Below, in pieces: positions 11,254 through 19,845 of a stretch of 24,000 nt of DNA (position 1 is the first letter of the stretch; each line of letters starts with the position of its first letter). A program made the translations under genes and the position numbers. The notes beneath the pieces are model-generated. The model saw only the letters and a list, made by a program, of their open reading frames with translations. It did no database searches and was not told the origin of the DNA. The DNA is from Reyranella sp. (lineage in GTDB: Bacteria > Pseudomonadota > Alphaproteobacteria > Reyranellales > Reyranellaceae), in NCBI RefSeq assembly GCF_036558665.1, contig NZ_DATBFE010000046.1, positions 35,477 through 59,476 on the forward strand. Reading direction: 5' to 3'.

Positions 11254-13365
11254 ATGAGCCCGGACGACCATTCCTATCCGCCGCCGTCGCGCGTCAAGGA
11301 TGCGGCGGCAGGCGTCACCATCGTGCCGTCGGTCTGCCCGCACGATTGCACCAGCACCTGCGCGCTCGATGTCGAGAGGCTCGACAGCAAGCGCATCGGT
11401 CGCATCCGCGGCTCGATGCGCAACGACTACACCGCGGGTGTGATCTGCGAGAAGGTCGCCCGCTATGCCGAGCGCGTCCATCATCCCGATCGGCTGATGA
11501 AGCCGCTGCGGAGGACCGGCCCGAAGGGCTCCGGGCAATTTGCCGAGATCTCCTGGACCGATGCCCTCGACATCGTGGCCGAGCAGTTCATCGCCAAGGC
11601 GCGCCGGCACGGCACCGAGACGATCTGGCCGTACTACTACGCCGGCACGATGGGACTGGTTCAGCGCGACGGCATCAATCGCCTGCGCCATGCGATGAGA
11701 TACTCGCGCTGGTTCTCGACCATCTGCGTGACGCTTTCCGATACCGGCTGGATCGCCGGCGTGGGGGCCAAGCGTGGCGCCGACCTGCGCGAGATCGACG
11801 AGCATTCCGACCTCGTGGTTATCTGGGGCGGCAATCCGGTCAACACCCAGGTCAATGTCATGACCCACGCCATGCGTGCCAAGAAGCACGGAGCGAAACT
11901 GGTCGTGGTCGATCCTTACCGTACCGGCACGGCCGAGCAGGCCGACATGCATCTGGCGGTGCGGCCGAGCACCGACGGGGCGCTTGCCGTCGGCGTCATG
12001 CACGTCCTCTTCAAGGAGGGCTACGCCGACTGGGACTATATGCGTCGCTACACCGACGCGCCGGACGAGCTCGCCGCGCATGTGGCGACCCGCACCCCGG
12101 AATGGGCGTCGAAGATCACCGGTCTTGCGGCCGAGGAGATCGTGGCCTTCGCGCGAATGTACGGGCAGGCCAAGGCTCCTTTTATCCGTTGCCATCACGG
12201 TTTCAGCCGCACGCGCAACGGCGCCGCGAACATGCATGCGGCGACCTGCCTGCCGGCGGTGACCGGCGCATGGAAGGCGAAGGGCGGCGGCGCGCTGTAC
12301 GGCCACACAGGCATGTATCCGCTCGATCGTACGCTGATCGATGGGCTCGACGTCGAGGACAAGTCGCTGCGCGCTCTCGACCAGTCACGGCTGGGGCCGA
12401 TCCTGACCGGTGATGCCGAGGCTCTGAAGAACGGACCGCCGGTCACGGGGCTGCTGATCCAGAACACGAACCCGGCGATGGTCTGTCCCGAGCTCGAACT
12501 GGTCCACAAGGGTCTCAAGCGCGACGACCTCTTCGTCTGCGTGCACGAGCAGTTCCTGACCGAAACCGCGGCCCTGGCCGACATCGTGCTGCCGGCGACC
12601 ATGTTCCTCGAGCACGACGACTTCTACACAGCCAGCGGTCACACTTTCTTCCAGGTCACGAAGAGGGTGATCGAAGCGCCGGGCGAATGCCGCGAGAACC
12701 ATTACGTCATATGCGAACTGGCCAGGCGGCTGGGCGCCAGCCATCGCGGCTTCGAGATGACGCCCTGGGAGATCATGGACGAATCGCTCAAGGTCTCGGG
12801 CATGTGGGACGCCGAGACCAACTGGAGGAACGGCGGCCAGGACTTCCATCTCGGCTTCGAGACGTCGCACTTCCTCGATGGCTTTCCCTGGCCTGACAAG
12901 AAATTCCGCTTCAAGCCGGACTGGGCCGCATTTGGCCCGCGCGGCAAGGACATGCCGGCGCTGCCTGATCATTTCGACGTGATCGACAATGCCACCGCCG
13001 AGAAGCCGTTCAGGCTGGTAGCGGCGCCGGCACGGACGTTCCTCAATTCGACCTTCACCGAGACGCCTTCCAGCCAGAAGCGCGAGGTGCGGCCGACGGC
13101 GCTGATGAACCCGGAAGACTGCGCGGCCATGGACATTGGCGAGGGCGACCGCGTCGAGCTCGGCAACGAGCGCGGCAAGACCGTCGTCCATGCCCGGCCG
13201 AAGGCCGGCCAGCAGCGCGGAGTCGTGGTCGTCGAAGGGATCTGGCCCAACCGCAACTTCGTGACCGGTATCGGGATCAATGCCGTTACCTCGGCCGACC
13301 CCGGCTGGCCGCATGGCGGTGCCGTATTTCACGACACCGCGGTCTGGATCCGAAAGCTCGCGTGA
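11254..13365 (+). CDS. Molybdopterin (bis-MGD) oxidoreductase family protein, cytoplasmic, YoaE/YyaE-like, 703 aa (paralog 2)
   Basis: This is the C-terminal part of the chimeric 816-aa ORF 10915..13365. I place the start at ATG 11254 (MSPDDHSYPP...); 11209 is possible. The C-x3-C-x3-C...C motif is VCPHDCTSTCAL...GVICEK. The protein is colinear with the 4701..6749 product (LRRTGPKGSGQFAEISWTDAL versus LKRTGAKGSGLFRPISWDEAL; VVIWGGNPVNT; VVVDPYRT; GTDGALAVGVMH; MYGQAKA). No Tat signal. Confidence 0.88.
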   Translation: MSPDDHSYPPPSRVKDAAAGVTIVPSVCPHDCTSTCALDVERLDSKRIGRIRGSMRNDYTAGVICEKVARYAERVHHPDRLMKPLRRTGPKGSGQFAEISWTDALDIVAEQFIAKARRHGTETIWPYYYAGTMGLVQRDGINRLRHAMRYSRWFSTICVTLSDTGWIAGVGAKRGADLREIDEHSDLVVIWGGNPVNTQVNVMTHAMRAKKHGAKLVVVDPYRTGTAEQADMHLAVRPSTDGALAVGVMHVLFKEGYADWDYMRRYTDAPDELAAHVATRTPEWASKITGLAAEEIVAFARMYGQAKAPFIRCHHGFSRTRNGAANMHAATCLPAVTGAWKAKGGGALYGHTGMYPLDRTLIDGLDVEDKSLRALDQSRLGPILTGDAEALKNGPPVTGLLIQNTNPAMVCPELELVHKGLKRDDLFVCVHEQFLTETAALADIVLPATMFLEHDDFYTASGHTFFQVTKRVIEAPGECRENHYVICELARRLGASHRGFEMTPWEIMDESLKVSGMWDAETNWRNGGQDFHLGFETSHFLDGFPWPDKKFRFKPDWAAFGPRGKDMPALPDHFDVIDNATAEKPFRLVAAPARTFLNSTFTETPSSQKREVRPTALMNPEDCAAMDIGEGDRVELGNERGKTVVHARPKAGQQRGVVVVEGIWPNRNFVTGIGINAVTSADPGWPHGGAVFHDTAVWIRKLA

Positions 13366-14294
13366 GCACCTTCCAGACCGCCGTCAATCCCAGCATCGCG
13401 CAGACCGAGCACGTGCGCGTGCCGGGACGCGCGCACGTGGTGGTGATCGGCAACGAGAAGGGCGGATCGGGCAAGTCCACGACGGCGCTCCACATCGCGG
13501 TCGGCCTGATGAGCGACGGCGCATCGGTGGCCACGCTCGACCTCGATGCGCGGCAGGGCACGCTCAGCCGCTATATCGAGAACCGGATCGCCTATGCGCG
13601 GCGCAAGGGTCTCGACCTGCCGGTCCCGATGCATGCGGCTGTCGAGGCGTCGACGTTGCCCGATCGTGGCATGGCCGATACCGACGAGCAGGCCCGCTTC
13701 GAGGAAGCGCTCGAGCCCCCGCTGCTCGGCGCCGATTTCGTCCTGATCGACACTCCGGGCAGCGACACCAACCTGTCGCGGCTGGCGCATACCTGGGCGG
13801 ATACGCTTCTCACGCCGCTGAACGACAGCTTCATCGATCTCGATCTGCTGGCGCGTGTCGACCCGGACACGCTCAAGGTCGTGCGGCCATCGGTCTATGC
13901 CGAGGCGGTGTGGAAGCAGCGGCAGATCCGCGCCGTCCAGGGCGGCCGCCCTGTCGACTGGGTGGTCATGCGGAACCGCCTGTCGTCGCTCGCGGCCCGC
14001 AACAAGCGCGACATGGGGACCGTGCTCGAGGCACTGGCCAAGCGCATCGGCTTTCGCATCGCGACGGGCCTCAGCGAGCGCGTGATCTATCGCGAGCTGT
14101 TCCTGAACGGCCTCACGCTCCTCGACCTGAAGCGCGGTGGCGCCGGACCGTCGCTGACCTTGAGTCATGTCGCCGCGCGCCAGGAAGTGCGCGACCTGGT
14201 CGCCGCCCTCAATCTGCCGCCGCCCGCGGCCCGCGCGCCATCGGCCGGCCCGGTGACAGCAGAGCCCATGCCAGAGCAGCAAGCTGCAGGATGA
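13362..14294 (+). CDS. mipZ: Division-plane positioning ParA-like ATPase MipZ, 310 aa
   Basis: ORF 13362..14294. It is colinear with Caulobacter MipZ as I remember it: deviant Walker A VVIGNEKGGSGKST, DLDARQGTLSRYIENR, FVLIDTPGSD, TPLNDSFIDLDLLARVDPDT, DWVVMRNRL..ARNKR, LAKRIGFRIATGLSERVIYRELF. GTG 13362 overlaps the upstream stop as GTGA. In-frame GTGs at 13413-13443 are alternative starts. Confidence 0.85.
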   Translation: MSTFQTAVNPSIAQTEHVRVPGRAHVVVIGNEKGGSGKSTTALHIAVGLMSDGASVATLDLDARQGTLSRYIENRIAYARRKGLDLPVPMHAAVEASTLPDRGMADTDEQARFEEALEPPLLGADFVLIDTPGSDTNLSRLAHTWADTLLTPLNDSFIDLDLLARVDPDTLKVVRPSVYAEAVWKQRQIRAVQGGRPVDWVVMRNRLSSLAARNKRDMGTVLEALAKRIGFRIATGLSERVIYRELFLNGLTLLDLKRGGAGPSLTLSHVAARQEVRDLVAALNLPPPAARAPSAGPVTAEPMPEQQAAG

Positions 14295-15465
14295 AGAGGG
14301 CGCCAAACGCCCAGGTATAGCCATCGGGTGCGTAGCCGGTCGCCGTCGGCGGCCACAGCTCCACGACCTTGCCCATCGCCCACTGGCCGACGAAGATCAC
14401 GACGAAGACCAGCAGATTGACGCTGGTGCTGACGCGGCCGGCGAAGTCGGACGGGAAACCCGCCATGATCACGGGGTAGTATTGGATGGGATAGGCGCCC
14501 AGAAAGCCGAACAGCATCCACGGAAGGACCGGGTTGGCGGGCGGCAGGAAGGCAAGCCAGCCGGTGACCAGTGCGAACATCAGGCTGGCAACATTCGATG
14601 ACAGGAAACCGCCGATGCCGCGATGCCGCAGGAACTCGGCGATGAGACCGCTCACCGCAAAACCCACGGTCATGGCCGCCGTCGCGTAGAGCAGGATGTC
14701 GGCCCGCGCGCCTTTGTCGGTCACACCGCCCACGTCGCGCAGCCACGGCCCCATCCACAGCGTGATGCAGCCGATGAAGGCAAGCTGCTGCAGGCAAAGA
14801 AGCGGCTGGAGCCGCCAGTAGAAGCTGTCCGTCAGGATCGCGCCGGTGATGCGGAACTGGTCCCGCAGGTTTCCGCGACTAGACGATGCTCGTTCCGGAA
14901 CCACGGCATGGAGGAGCAACGCGCCAAACAACGCGATGCCGGCAAGCCAGAAGAAGAGCCCCTGCCAGCTCACGACGGACAGTGACCATTCGACCGGCAG
15001 CGTCGCGGCCATCGAGCCGGCGCCGCCGGCCATCATGTGGAAGCCCGTGATCAATCCCCAGCGCCGCGGCGGGTACCAGAGCGTGATCGCCTTCATCGCC
15101 GCCATCAGTCCGCCGGCGAAGCCCAGCCCGATCAGCCCCCGCGCCAGGACGAGCTGCGGCAGCGAGGTGGCCAGCGCGAACAAGGCGGAGCCGAGCGCGG
15201 CCACGATCATCAGCGCGGCCTGCAGGCGGCGGGGGCCGTAGCGGTCGAGCGCCACACCCAGCAGCGGCTGACTGGCAGCGAAGAACAGGAAAAATGCGGA
15301 CGTGAGCAGGCCGAGGTCGGCCGCTGTCACCCCTACATCGCGCTCGAGGTAGGGGAAGATCACGGCATTCACGCCGCGCACGATGTAGGAGACAAAATAG
15401 ACGAACGCGAAGGGCAGGAACACCTGCAGCAGGAGGCGCAGCGAGCTCGGACTGTCGCGGTCCAT
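14209..15465 (-). CDS. MFS transporter, 418 aa
   Basis: ORF 14209..15492 begins at a TTG. I prefer ATG 15465 (MDRDSPSSLRLLLQVF...), which lies 1 nt after the stop of the upstream gene. It has 12 hydrophobic segments and the MFS motif LGVALDRYGPRR. The 3' end overlaps the mipZ 3' end by 86 nt. Confidence 0.85.
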   Translation of the reverse strand: MDRDSPSSLRLLLQVFLPFAFVYFVSYIVRGVNAVIFPYLERDVGVTAADLGLLTSAFFLFFAASQPLLGVALDRYGPRRLQAALMIVAALGSALFALATSLPQLVLARGLIGLGFAGGLMAAMKAITLWYPPRRWGLITGFHMMAGGAGSMAATLPVEWSLSVVSWQGLFFWLAGIALFGALLLHAVVPERASSSRGNLRDQFRITGAILTDSFYWRLQPLLCLQQLAFIGCITLWMGPWLRDVGGVTDKGARADILLYATAAMTVGFAVSGLIAEFLRHRGIGGFLSSNVASLMFALVTGWLAFLPPANPVLPWMLFGFLGAYPIQYYPVIMAGFPSDFAGRVSTSVNLLVFVVIFVGQWAMGKVVELWPPTATGYAPDGYTWAFGALFILQLAALAWALLSPGRPMARGPRAAAD

Positions 15466-15466
15466 G

Positions 15467-17008
15467 TCAGGGTTTCTTGCAATCCACGGCAATGCGTCGC
15501 GGCGCGAAGGTCGGCAAGGGCGGCATGTCCTTTGGCAACGGCTTCGGCCAGGCGCCGCTGGCCAGGTGCTGTTCGATCACCGGGACGAGCTGCTGCAGCA
15601 CGACCCAGGCGCGCTCGCGAACGCCGCCAGCGGTGTTGTGGATCGCATCCTCGAACAGGTCGGGATCGAGCGGCATGCCCCGGGCGACGTCGATGAACGA
15701 CAGGTGACGCGACTTGGCATAGTTGCGGAACACGCGGTTTTGAAACGCCGCGAGCCGGACGAGGTCGTGGTAGTGCAGCGGATACTCGTTGATGTTGAGA
15801 TCCTCGAGGATGTACTTGTGGGCGATCGGATTGAGCACGAGGCCGTCCTTCACCATCCACACGAACGAGGAGACGGCAAGCTCGGAACCCACCGTCGCGA
15901 GGTCGCCTCGCATGCGGTCGAGGTCGCGCACGATGTCGTTGAGATGCAGCGGCAGGCGCGGATCGTCGATGTCGGGGTCGTTCTCGTCGAGACGGGGCGG
16001 CATCACGATCTTGTAGTCGGGTTTGGGCCACTCGCGGCCGTCGAGATTGCTGCCCGTGTAGCCCACCACCGCCTGGATCCGGCGGGCGAGGGCGGAAAAG
16101 CGCGTGGCGGCCAGGAGCCAGGAAGGCGGCGTCTCGATCCTGAGCGTTGGTTTCAGGATGGTGCCGTCCCGCGGCAGGGCGGGAATGACGGTCGGCAGCC
16201 AGAACTGGTTGTGCCCTTCGTAATAAACCACGAGATCGGGGCGCAGCGGCAACACCTCATGGCGCACGACCTCGACAATGTCCTGCGAGGCAATGCTTTC
16301 GCGGCCCGCATTGAGCGCCTCGAAGCGCAGCCCGAGCTTTTTCGATTTCGCCCAGAGATTGAGCCAGTAATCGATATATTCCGGATAGGAGAAGGGCAGA
16401 TGGTGCGCGCCGACCGTTGTCGAGGCGCCGACGAACACGATGCGGATCGTGTTCGGCGCGCGGGGCTCGATGATCGGCGGACCGCGCCAGCCGATCTGGT
16501 TGGTGACGAGACCCGTCGGCGTCGTGACGCCCGGCAGGAAGCGGTAGCGCGGGTAAGGCTCGCCGTCCGGCGGATCGTACAGGTAGGCGACGCCCGGTGC
16601 GCGATGGAGGAAGTTGTTCTTGCAGACGTCGTCACCGGCAAAGGCCGAGTTCCAGGCCTTGAAGATGTCGGCCGGGCGAAACGGCGCGTACTTCGCCGGA
16701 TGGTTCCTCACTTCGACGAACAGCCGTTGCCACTCGGCAGGCGGCTTGGTGCGATTTGGAAGCGATGGCGGGTCATCGAAGAACCAGTCCCGCGACACGC
16801 CAGCCGCGAGGGGCACCTCGTCGCGTTGCTCGGCAGTGACGGCCTTGCCCACGCCCTCCGGCAGCGGCATGGCGAACAGCGGCAGACCGTCGACATAGCG
16901 GACGACGACCTCAGCGACGAGGGCGCTGACCAGGATCGAGGCGATCACCAGCAGGGCGTCGATCGCTTTGAGAGGGGGGCTCCGACGGCTACGCATTGTT
17001 CGTGGCAT
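15467..17008 (-). CDS. Membrane-anchored SGNH/GDSL-fold hydrolase-like protein, about 513 aa
   Basis: Part of ORF 15467..17152. The start is at ATG 17008 (MPRTMRSRRSPPLK...) or 16996; longer versions would overlap the divergent VWA gene. It has an N-terminal TM anchor (AIDALLVIASILVSALVAEVVV). The SGNH blocks are IVFVGASTTVG (Ser), LNAGRES (Gly), YYEGHNQF (Asn) and FEDAIHNT (Asp-x-x-His). Confidence 0.8.
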   Translation of the reverse strand: MPRTMRSRRSPPLKAIDALLVIASILVSALVAEVVVRYVDGLPLFAMPLPEGVGKAVTAEQRDEVPLAAGVSRDWFFDDPPSLPNRTKPPAEWQRLFVEVRNHPAKYAPFRPADIFKAWNSAFAGDDVCKNNFLHRAPGVAYLYDPPDGEPYPRYRFLPGVTTPTGLVTNQIGWRGPPIIEPRAPNTIRIVFVGASTTVGAHHLPFSYPEYIDYWLNLWAKSKKLGLRFEALNAGRESIASQDIVEVVRHEVLPLRPDLVVYYEGHNQFWLPTVIPALPRDGTILKPTLRIETPPSWLLAATRFSALARRIQAVVGYTGSNLDGREWPKPDYKIVMPPRLDENDPDIDDPRLPLHLNDIVRDLDRMRGDLATVGSELAVSSFVWMVKDGLVLNPIAHKYILEDLNINEYPLHYHDLVRLAAFQNRVFRNYAKSRHLSFIDVARGMPLDPDLFEDAIHNTAGGVRERAWVVLQQLVPVIEQHLASGAWPKPLPKDMPPLPTFAPRRIAVDCKKP

Positions 17009-17055
17009 TGACGCGCGCGGCGCACCATATTCGACGCCGGAAAGGGGGTCAAAGA

Positions 17056-17763
17056 ATGGCCGGCGACCGCAAGACGCCCACAGTTGGCGGAACGACCAGC
17101 GCCGTCGATGCCTTCGTGCGCGAGGTCGGACGCCTGCCCGGGTCTCGCCCAAGCGGCGGCCGCGGACGACTCTTGTTCACCATGGATGCGACGGCGAGTC
17201 GTGAGCCGACCTGGGATCATGCCTGCGGCATTCAGGGCGAAATGTTCGTCGCCGCCGACACGCTGGGCGGCCTCGAGGTGCGGCTCGCCTTCTATCGCGG
17301 CTTCGACGAATTCAAGGTGAGTCGCTGGACCTCCGAAGGTCGTGAGCTGGCCCGACTGATGAGTGCGGTGCGTTGTCTTGCCGGTCGTACGCAGATCGGA
17401 CGCTTGCTGCGCTACGCCGGCGAGCAACGGCGCGAAAGCCGGCTCGACGCGGTCGTGTTCGTGGGCGATTGCTGCGAGGAGGATGTCGACGAGGTGGGTC
17501 ACCAGGCGGGCCAGCTTGGCTTGCTCGGCGTGCCGGTCTTCGTCTTCCAGGAGGGTGGGGACCGGGTTGCTTCCCGGCTCTTTCCGCAGATCGCCAAGCT
17601 GACGCATGGCGCTTATTGCAAGTTCGACCGCAACAGCCCCGACCAGCTCAAGCGGCTTCTCGGCGCAGTCGCTGCCTATGCCGCCGGCGGACGCGAGGCG
17701 CTGCTTAAGTATGGCAGGGACAAAGGCGGCGTGGCGGCACTGCTGACCAACCAGATGGAGTAG
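17056..17763 (+). CDS. Cytoplasmic von Willebrand factor A (VWA) domain protein, 235 aa
   Basis: The internal ATG at 17056 of ORF 16996..17763 is preceded by AAGGGGG. MIDAS-like elements are LLFTMDATAS (D-x-T-x-S), LAGRTQIG and AVVFVGDCCEED. There is no signal peptide or TM segment. Confidence 0.8.
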   Translation: MAGDRKTPTVGGTTSAVDAFVREVGRLPGSRPSGGRGRLLFTMDATASREPTWDHACGIQGEMFVAADTLGGLEVRLAFYRGFDEFKVSRWTSEGRELARLMSAVRCLAGRTQIGRLLRYAGEQRRESRLDAVVFVGDCCEEDVDEVGHQAGQLGLLGVPVFVFQEGGDRVASRLFPQIAKLTHGAYCKFDRNSPDQLKRLLGAVAAYAAGGREALLKYGRDKGGVAALLTNQME

Positions 17764-17800
17764 GATAAATTCCCGGTCGAGCTGCGAGGGCCGCACCGGG

Positions 17801-19084
17801 ATGACGACATCGCGAAAGCGTTGGTTTGCCATGGTCTACGGCACCGTTCTCGCCGTCGTGACGTTGGCGGGGATCGAAGGTCTCGCCGGCTTCTACGCAC
17901 CGCCATGGCCGGCGCGAGCACTGCGCTCGATTCCGCCTATCAACGTCGATACGACGATGAAGAGCCTTGCAGGCAAACCGTGGCTCGGGCGGCCATTCAA
18001 TTCCTGGGGCATGAACGATCGCGAACGCTCGCTTGCCAAGCCGGCTGGCGTAACGTTCCGCAGCATCTTCGTTGGCGATAGCATGGTCGAATTCACATTG
18101 AACCCGCAATCGCTGCCGGCTGCTGTCGAGCAGCGCGCCGACGAAGCCGGCGCGAAAGGCTTCGAGGCGGTCAATCTGGGAATATCCGGCACCAACCCGC
18201 GAAGCTATTTCTTCCGGCTGCGCGACGTGGCTCTCGAGATGTCGCCCGACGCGTTGCTGGTGTTCTTCTTTTCCGGCAACGATTTCATGCCGGCGAACGA
18301 GGCCTACAATTCGAACCTGCTGCCTCCTCTGGTCGACGAATCGCCGGGCGGCTCGATTCTGGGGCGCGTCATGCCACGCACCAATTGGCTGCTGGTCAAC
18401 CGCCTGCGGCTCTCGGAGTTCCTTCGGGGCAACAGACCGATTCCGGGAGAGTTCGACAAGCTTTTCGCCATCGCGCATGGGCCGGATTCCGAGCGCGTAC
18501 CCGGAGTCGCGCGGCACTTGAGGACGTACTACTACCCGGACGTAAGCGAACAGCAGCTCACCGAGATTTTCTCGCGCGGCGGCGGCCGCTTCTGGCAAGC
18601 ATTCGACGCGCGGCTGCACGGCGAGGAATTCCTGGCTGGCTGGCTTCTCAACCTGATGGTCTTGGCGGAACTTCGCCAGGACGAGCAGGTCAAGATCCGT
18701 ACAGCCGAGGACGCCGAAAAGCAGATCGTTCCGGGGGACATCTCGGCGACCGTGTCATGGCTGCAGGCGATGGAGGACGTGGCCAGGGAGCATCATGTCC
18801 CGCTGCGGGTGTTCCTCGTTCCGGCTGCCAGTGTCGCGCCCGATTTCGTGCAGTTCTGGAAGCCGTGGCCGCGCTACTACAGCTGGTACGTCTACAGTGA
18901 CGTGCGCCATCAGCTTCTGGTTTCAGCCCTGCGTAACACAGCCGTCTCGTTCATCGACTTGCGTCCGGATTTCCTGGGCGTGCCGGGCGCCTACCGCATG
19001 ACCGACGCGCACTGGACGGAACAGGGCGTCGCCCTCGCATCGAGCCGGGTCTATCGGGAACTCGCCGGCATCATGGCCCACTGA
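17801..19084 (+). CDS. Membrane-anchored SGNH/GDSL hydrolase or AlgJ/AlgX-like O-acyltransferase-fold protein, 427 aa
   Basis: ORF 17801..19084. It has a basic N-terminus plus a TM segment (RKRWFAMVYGTVLAVVTLAGIEGL). Block I is IFVGDSMVE, block II NLGISGTNP, block III FFSGNDF. The C-terminal MTDAHWTEQG is a D-x-H-W motif reminiscent of the DHHW/AlgJ motif. By eye its GC3 is lower than that of neighbouring genes. Confidence 0.8.
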   Translation: MTTSRKRWFAMVYGTVLAVVTLAGIEGLAGFYAPPWPARALRSIPPINVDTTMKSLAGKPWLGRPFNSWGMNDRERSLAKPAGVTFRSIFVGDSMVEFTLNPQSLPAAVEQRADEAGAKGFEAVNLGISGTNPRSYFFRLRDVALEMSPDALLVFFFSGNDFMPANEAYNSNLLPPLVDESPGGSILGRVMPRTNWLLVNRLRLSEFLRGNRPIPGEFDKLFAIAHGPDSERVPGVARHLRTYYYPDVSEQQLTEIFSRGGGRFWQAFDARLHGEEFLAGWLLNLMVLAELRQDEQVKIRTAEDAEKQIVPGDISATVSWLQAMEDVAREHHVPLRVFLVPAASVAPDFVQFWKPWPRYYSWYVYSDVRHQLLVSALRNTAVSFIDLRPDFLGVPGAYRMTDAHWTEQGVALASSRVYRELAGIMAH

Positions 19085-19095
19085 CGGAGGAGCGA

Positions 19096-19845
19096 TCACG
19101 CTCCCAGGAGGCGGGCCGTCCAGTTTCCCGGCAGAAGCCCGCCGAACCAGACGGCGGCCTTGGTTCCGACCGGGAAGGCGATGCGGGCCTTGTTGCGGGC
19201 AAGGCCGCGCCGGATGATCGCCGAGGCGCGTGCCGCCGTCATCAGGAACGGCATGGGAAAGGGCGCCTGGGCCGTCATGCGGCTGATGACGAAGCCCGGG
19301 CAGATCGTACTGACGCCCACGCCGCTCTTCTTCAGCGCGTAGCGGATGCTCTCGGCCCACACGCGCACCGCAGCCTTGCTTGCATTGTACGAGGCCGAGT
19401 AGGGCAAGCCGAAAAAGCTGGCGAGCGATGACACTACGGCGATCTGGCCCCGTCCCCGTGCCATCATGCGTCCCACGAGCGGCTCGACCGTGTTCAGCAC
19501 GCCGTCGAGGTTGACGGCCATCGTTCGGCGGATGATCGAGAAATCATCGAGCGAGGAGTTGCCTTTATCGATGGAAATGCCGGCGTTGGCGATCAACAGG
19601 TCGACAGGATGGGCGTCGTCGAACACCGCGAGCCATGCGCCAAGCGCTTCGCGATCGGTGACGTCGATCTGTCGGGCATCGACCGTGGCGCCCTTGTCGC
19701 GACAGGCATCGGCGACCGCCTGCAGGCGAGCTCCATCCCGCCCGCTCAGGGCGAGGGCAATGCCGGGCGCAGCATAGTCCCGTGCCAGCGCCTCACCGAT
19801 CCCGCTCGAGGCGCCGGTGACGACGATGCTGGTGAAGCTCTTCAT
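19096..19845 (-). CDS. Short-chain dehydrogenase/reductase (SDR) family oxidoreductase, 249 aa
   Basis: The internal ATG at 19845 of ORF 19096..19953 has SD GGAAGG. Motifs: TGASSGIGEAL (NAD(P)-binding), NAG, and the catalytic S...YNASK. Confidence 0.88.
   Translation of the reverse strand: MKSFTSIVVTGASSGIGEALARDYAAPGIALALSGRDGARLQAVADACRDKGATVDARQIDVTDREALGAWLAVFDDAHPVDLLIANAGISIDKGNSSLDDFSIIRRTMAVNLDGVLNTVEPLVGRMMARGRGQIAVVSSLASFFGLPYSASYNASKAAVRVWAESIRYALKKSGVGVSTICPGFVISRMTAQAPFPMPFLMTAARASAIIRRGLARNKARIAFPVGTKAAVWFGGLLPGNWTARLLGA

Noticed and set aside
9553-12306. 917-aa ORF on the - strand, the longest in the track.
   Set aside because: It is a chimera. Only the C-terminal 546 codons (9553-11193) look like a protein, an AMP-binding acyl-CoA synthetase. 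The N-terminal about 370 codons are Arg/Gly/His-rich low-complexity sequence lying antisense to the well-supported molybdopterin oxidoreductase gene at 11254-13365.
4701-13365. Selenocysteine (in-frame TGA) or Tat export in the two molybdoenzymes.
   Set aside because: Both ORFs are uninterrupted, and neither N-terminus has an S/T-R-R-x-F-L-K motif.
13362-14294. ParA-like ATPase as a marker of a plasmid partition locus or mobile element.
   Set aside because: The sequence is colinear with MipZ rather than plasmid ParA. There is no adjacent parB, parS-like repeats, rep, integrase or transfer genes.
15464-17011. 515-aa + strand ORF.
   Set aside because: It is antisense to the SGNH-like gene and shows the same GC-driven artefact signature. 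The - strand frame has the SGNH blocks and a TM anchor.
17009-17152. N-terminal extension of the SGNH-like ORF (MGETRAGVRPRARRHRRRW...).
   Set aside because: It would overlap the divergent VWA gene start (17056) by about 100 nt and is Arg-rich junk. The basic-then-TM N-terminus starts at 17008 or 16996.
17705-18619. 304-aa - strand ORF.
   Set aside because: It is antisense to the SGNH-2 gene and overlaps the VWA 3' end. It has no motifs and low-complexity Arg-rich sequence.
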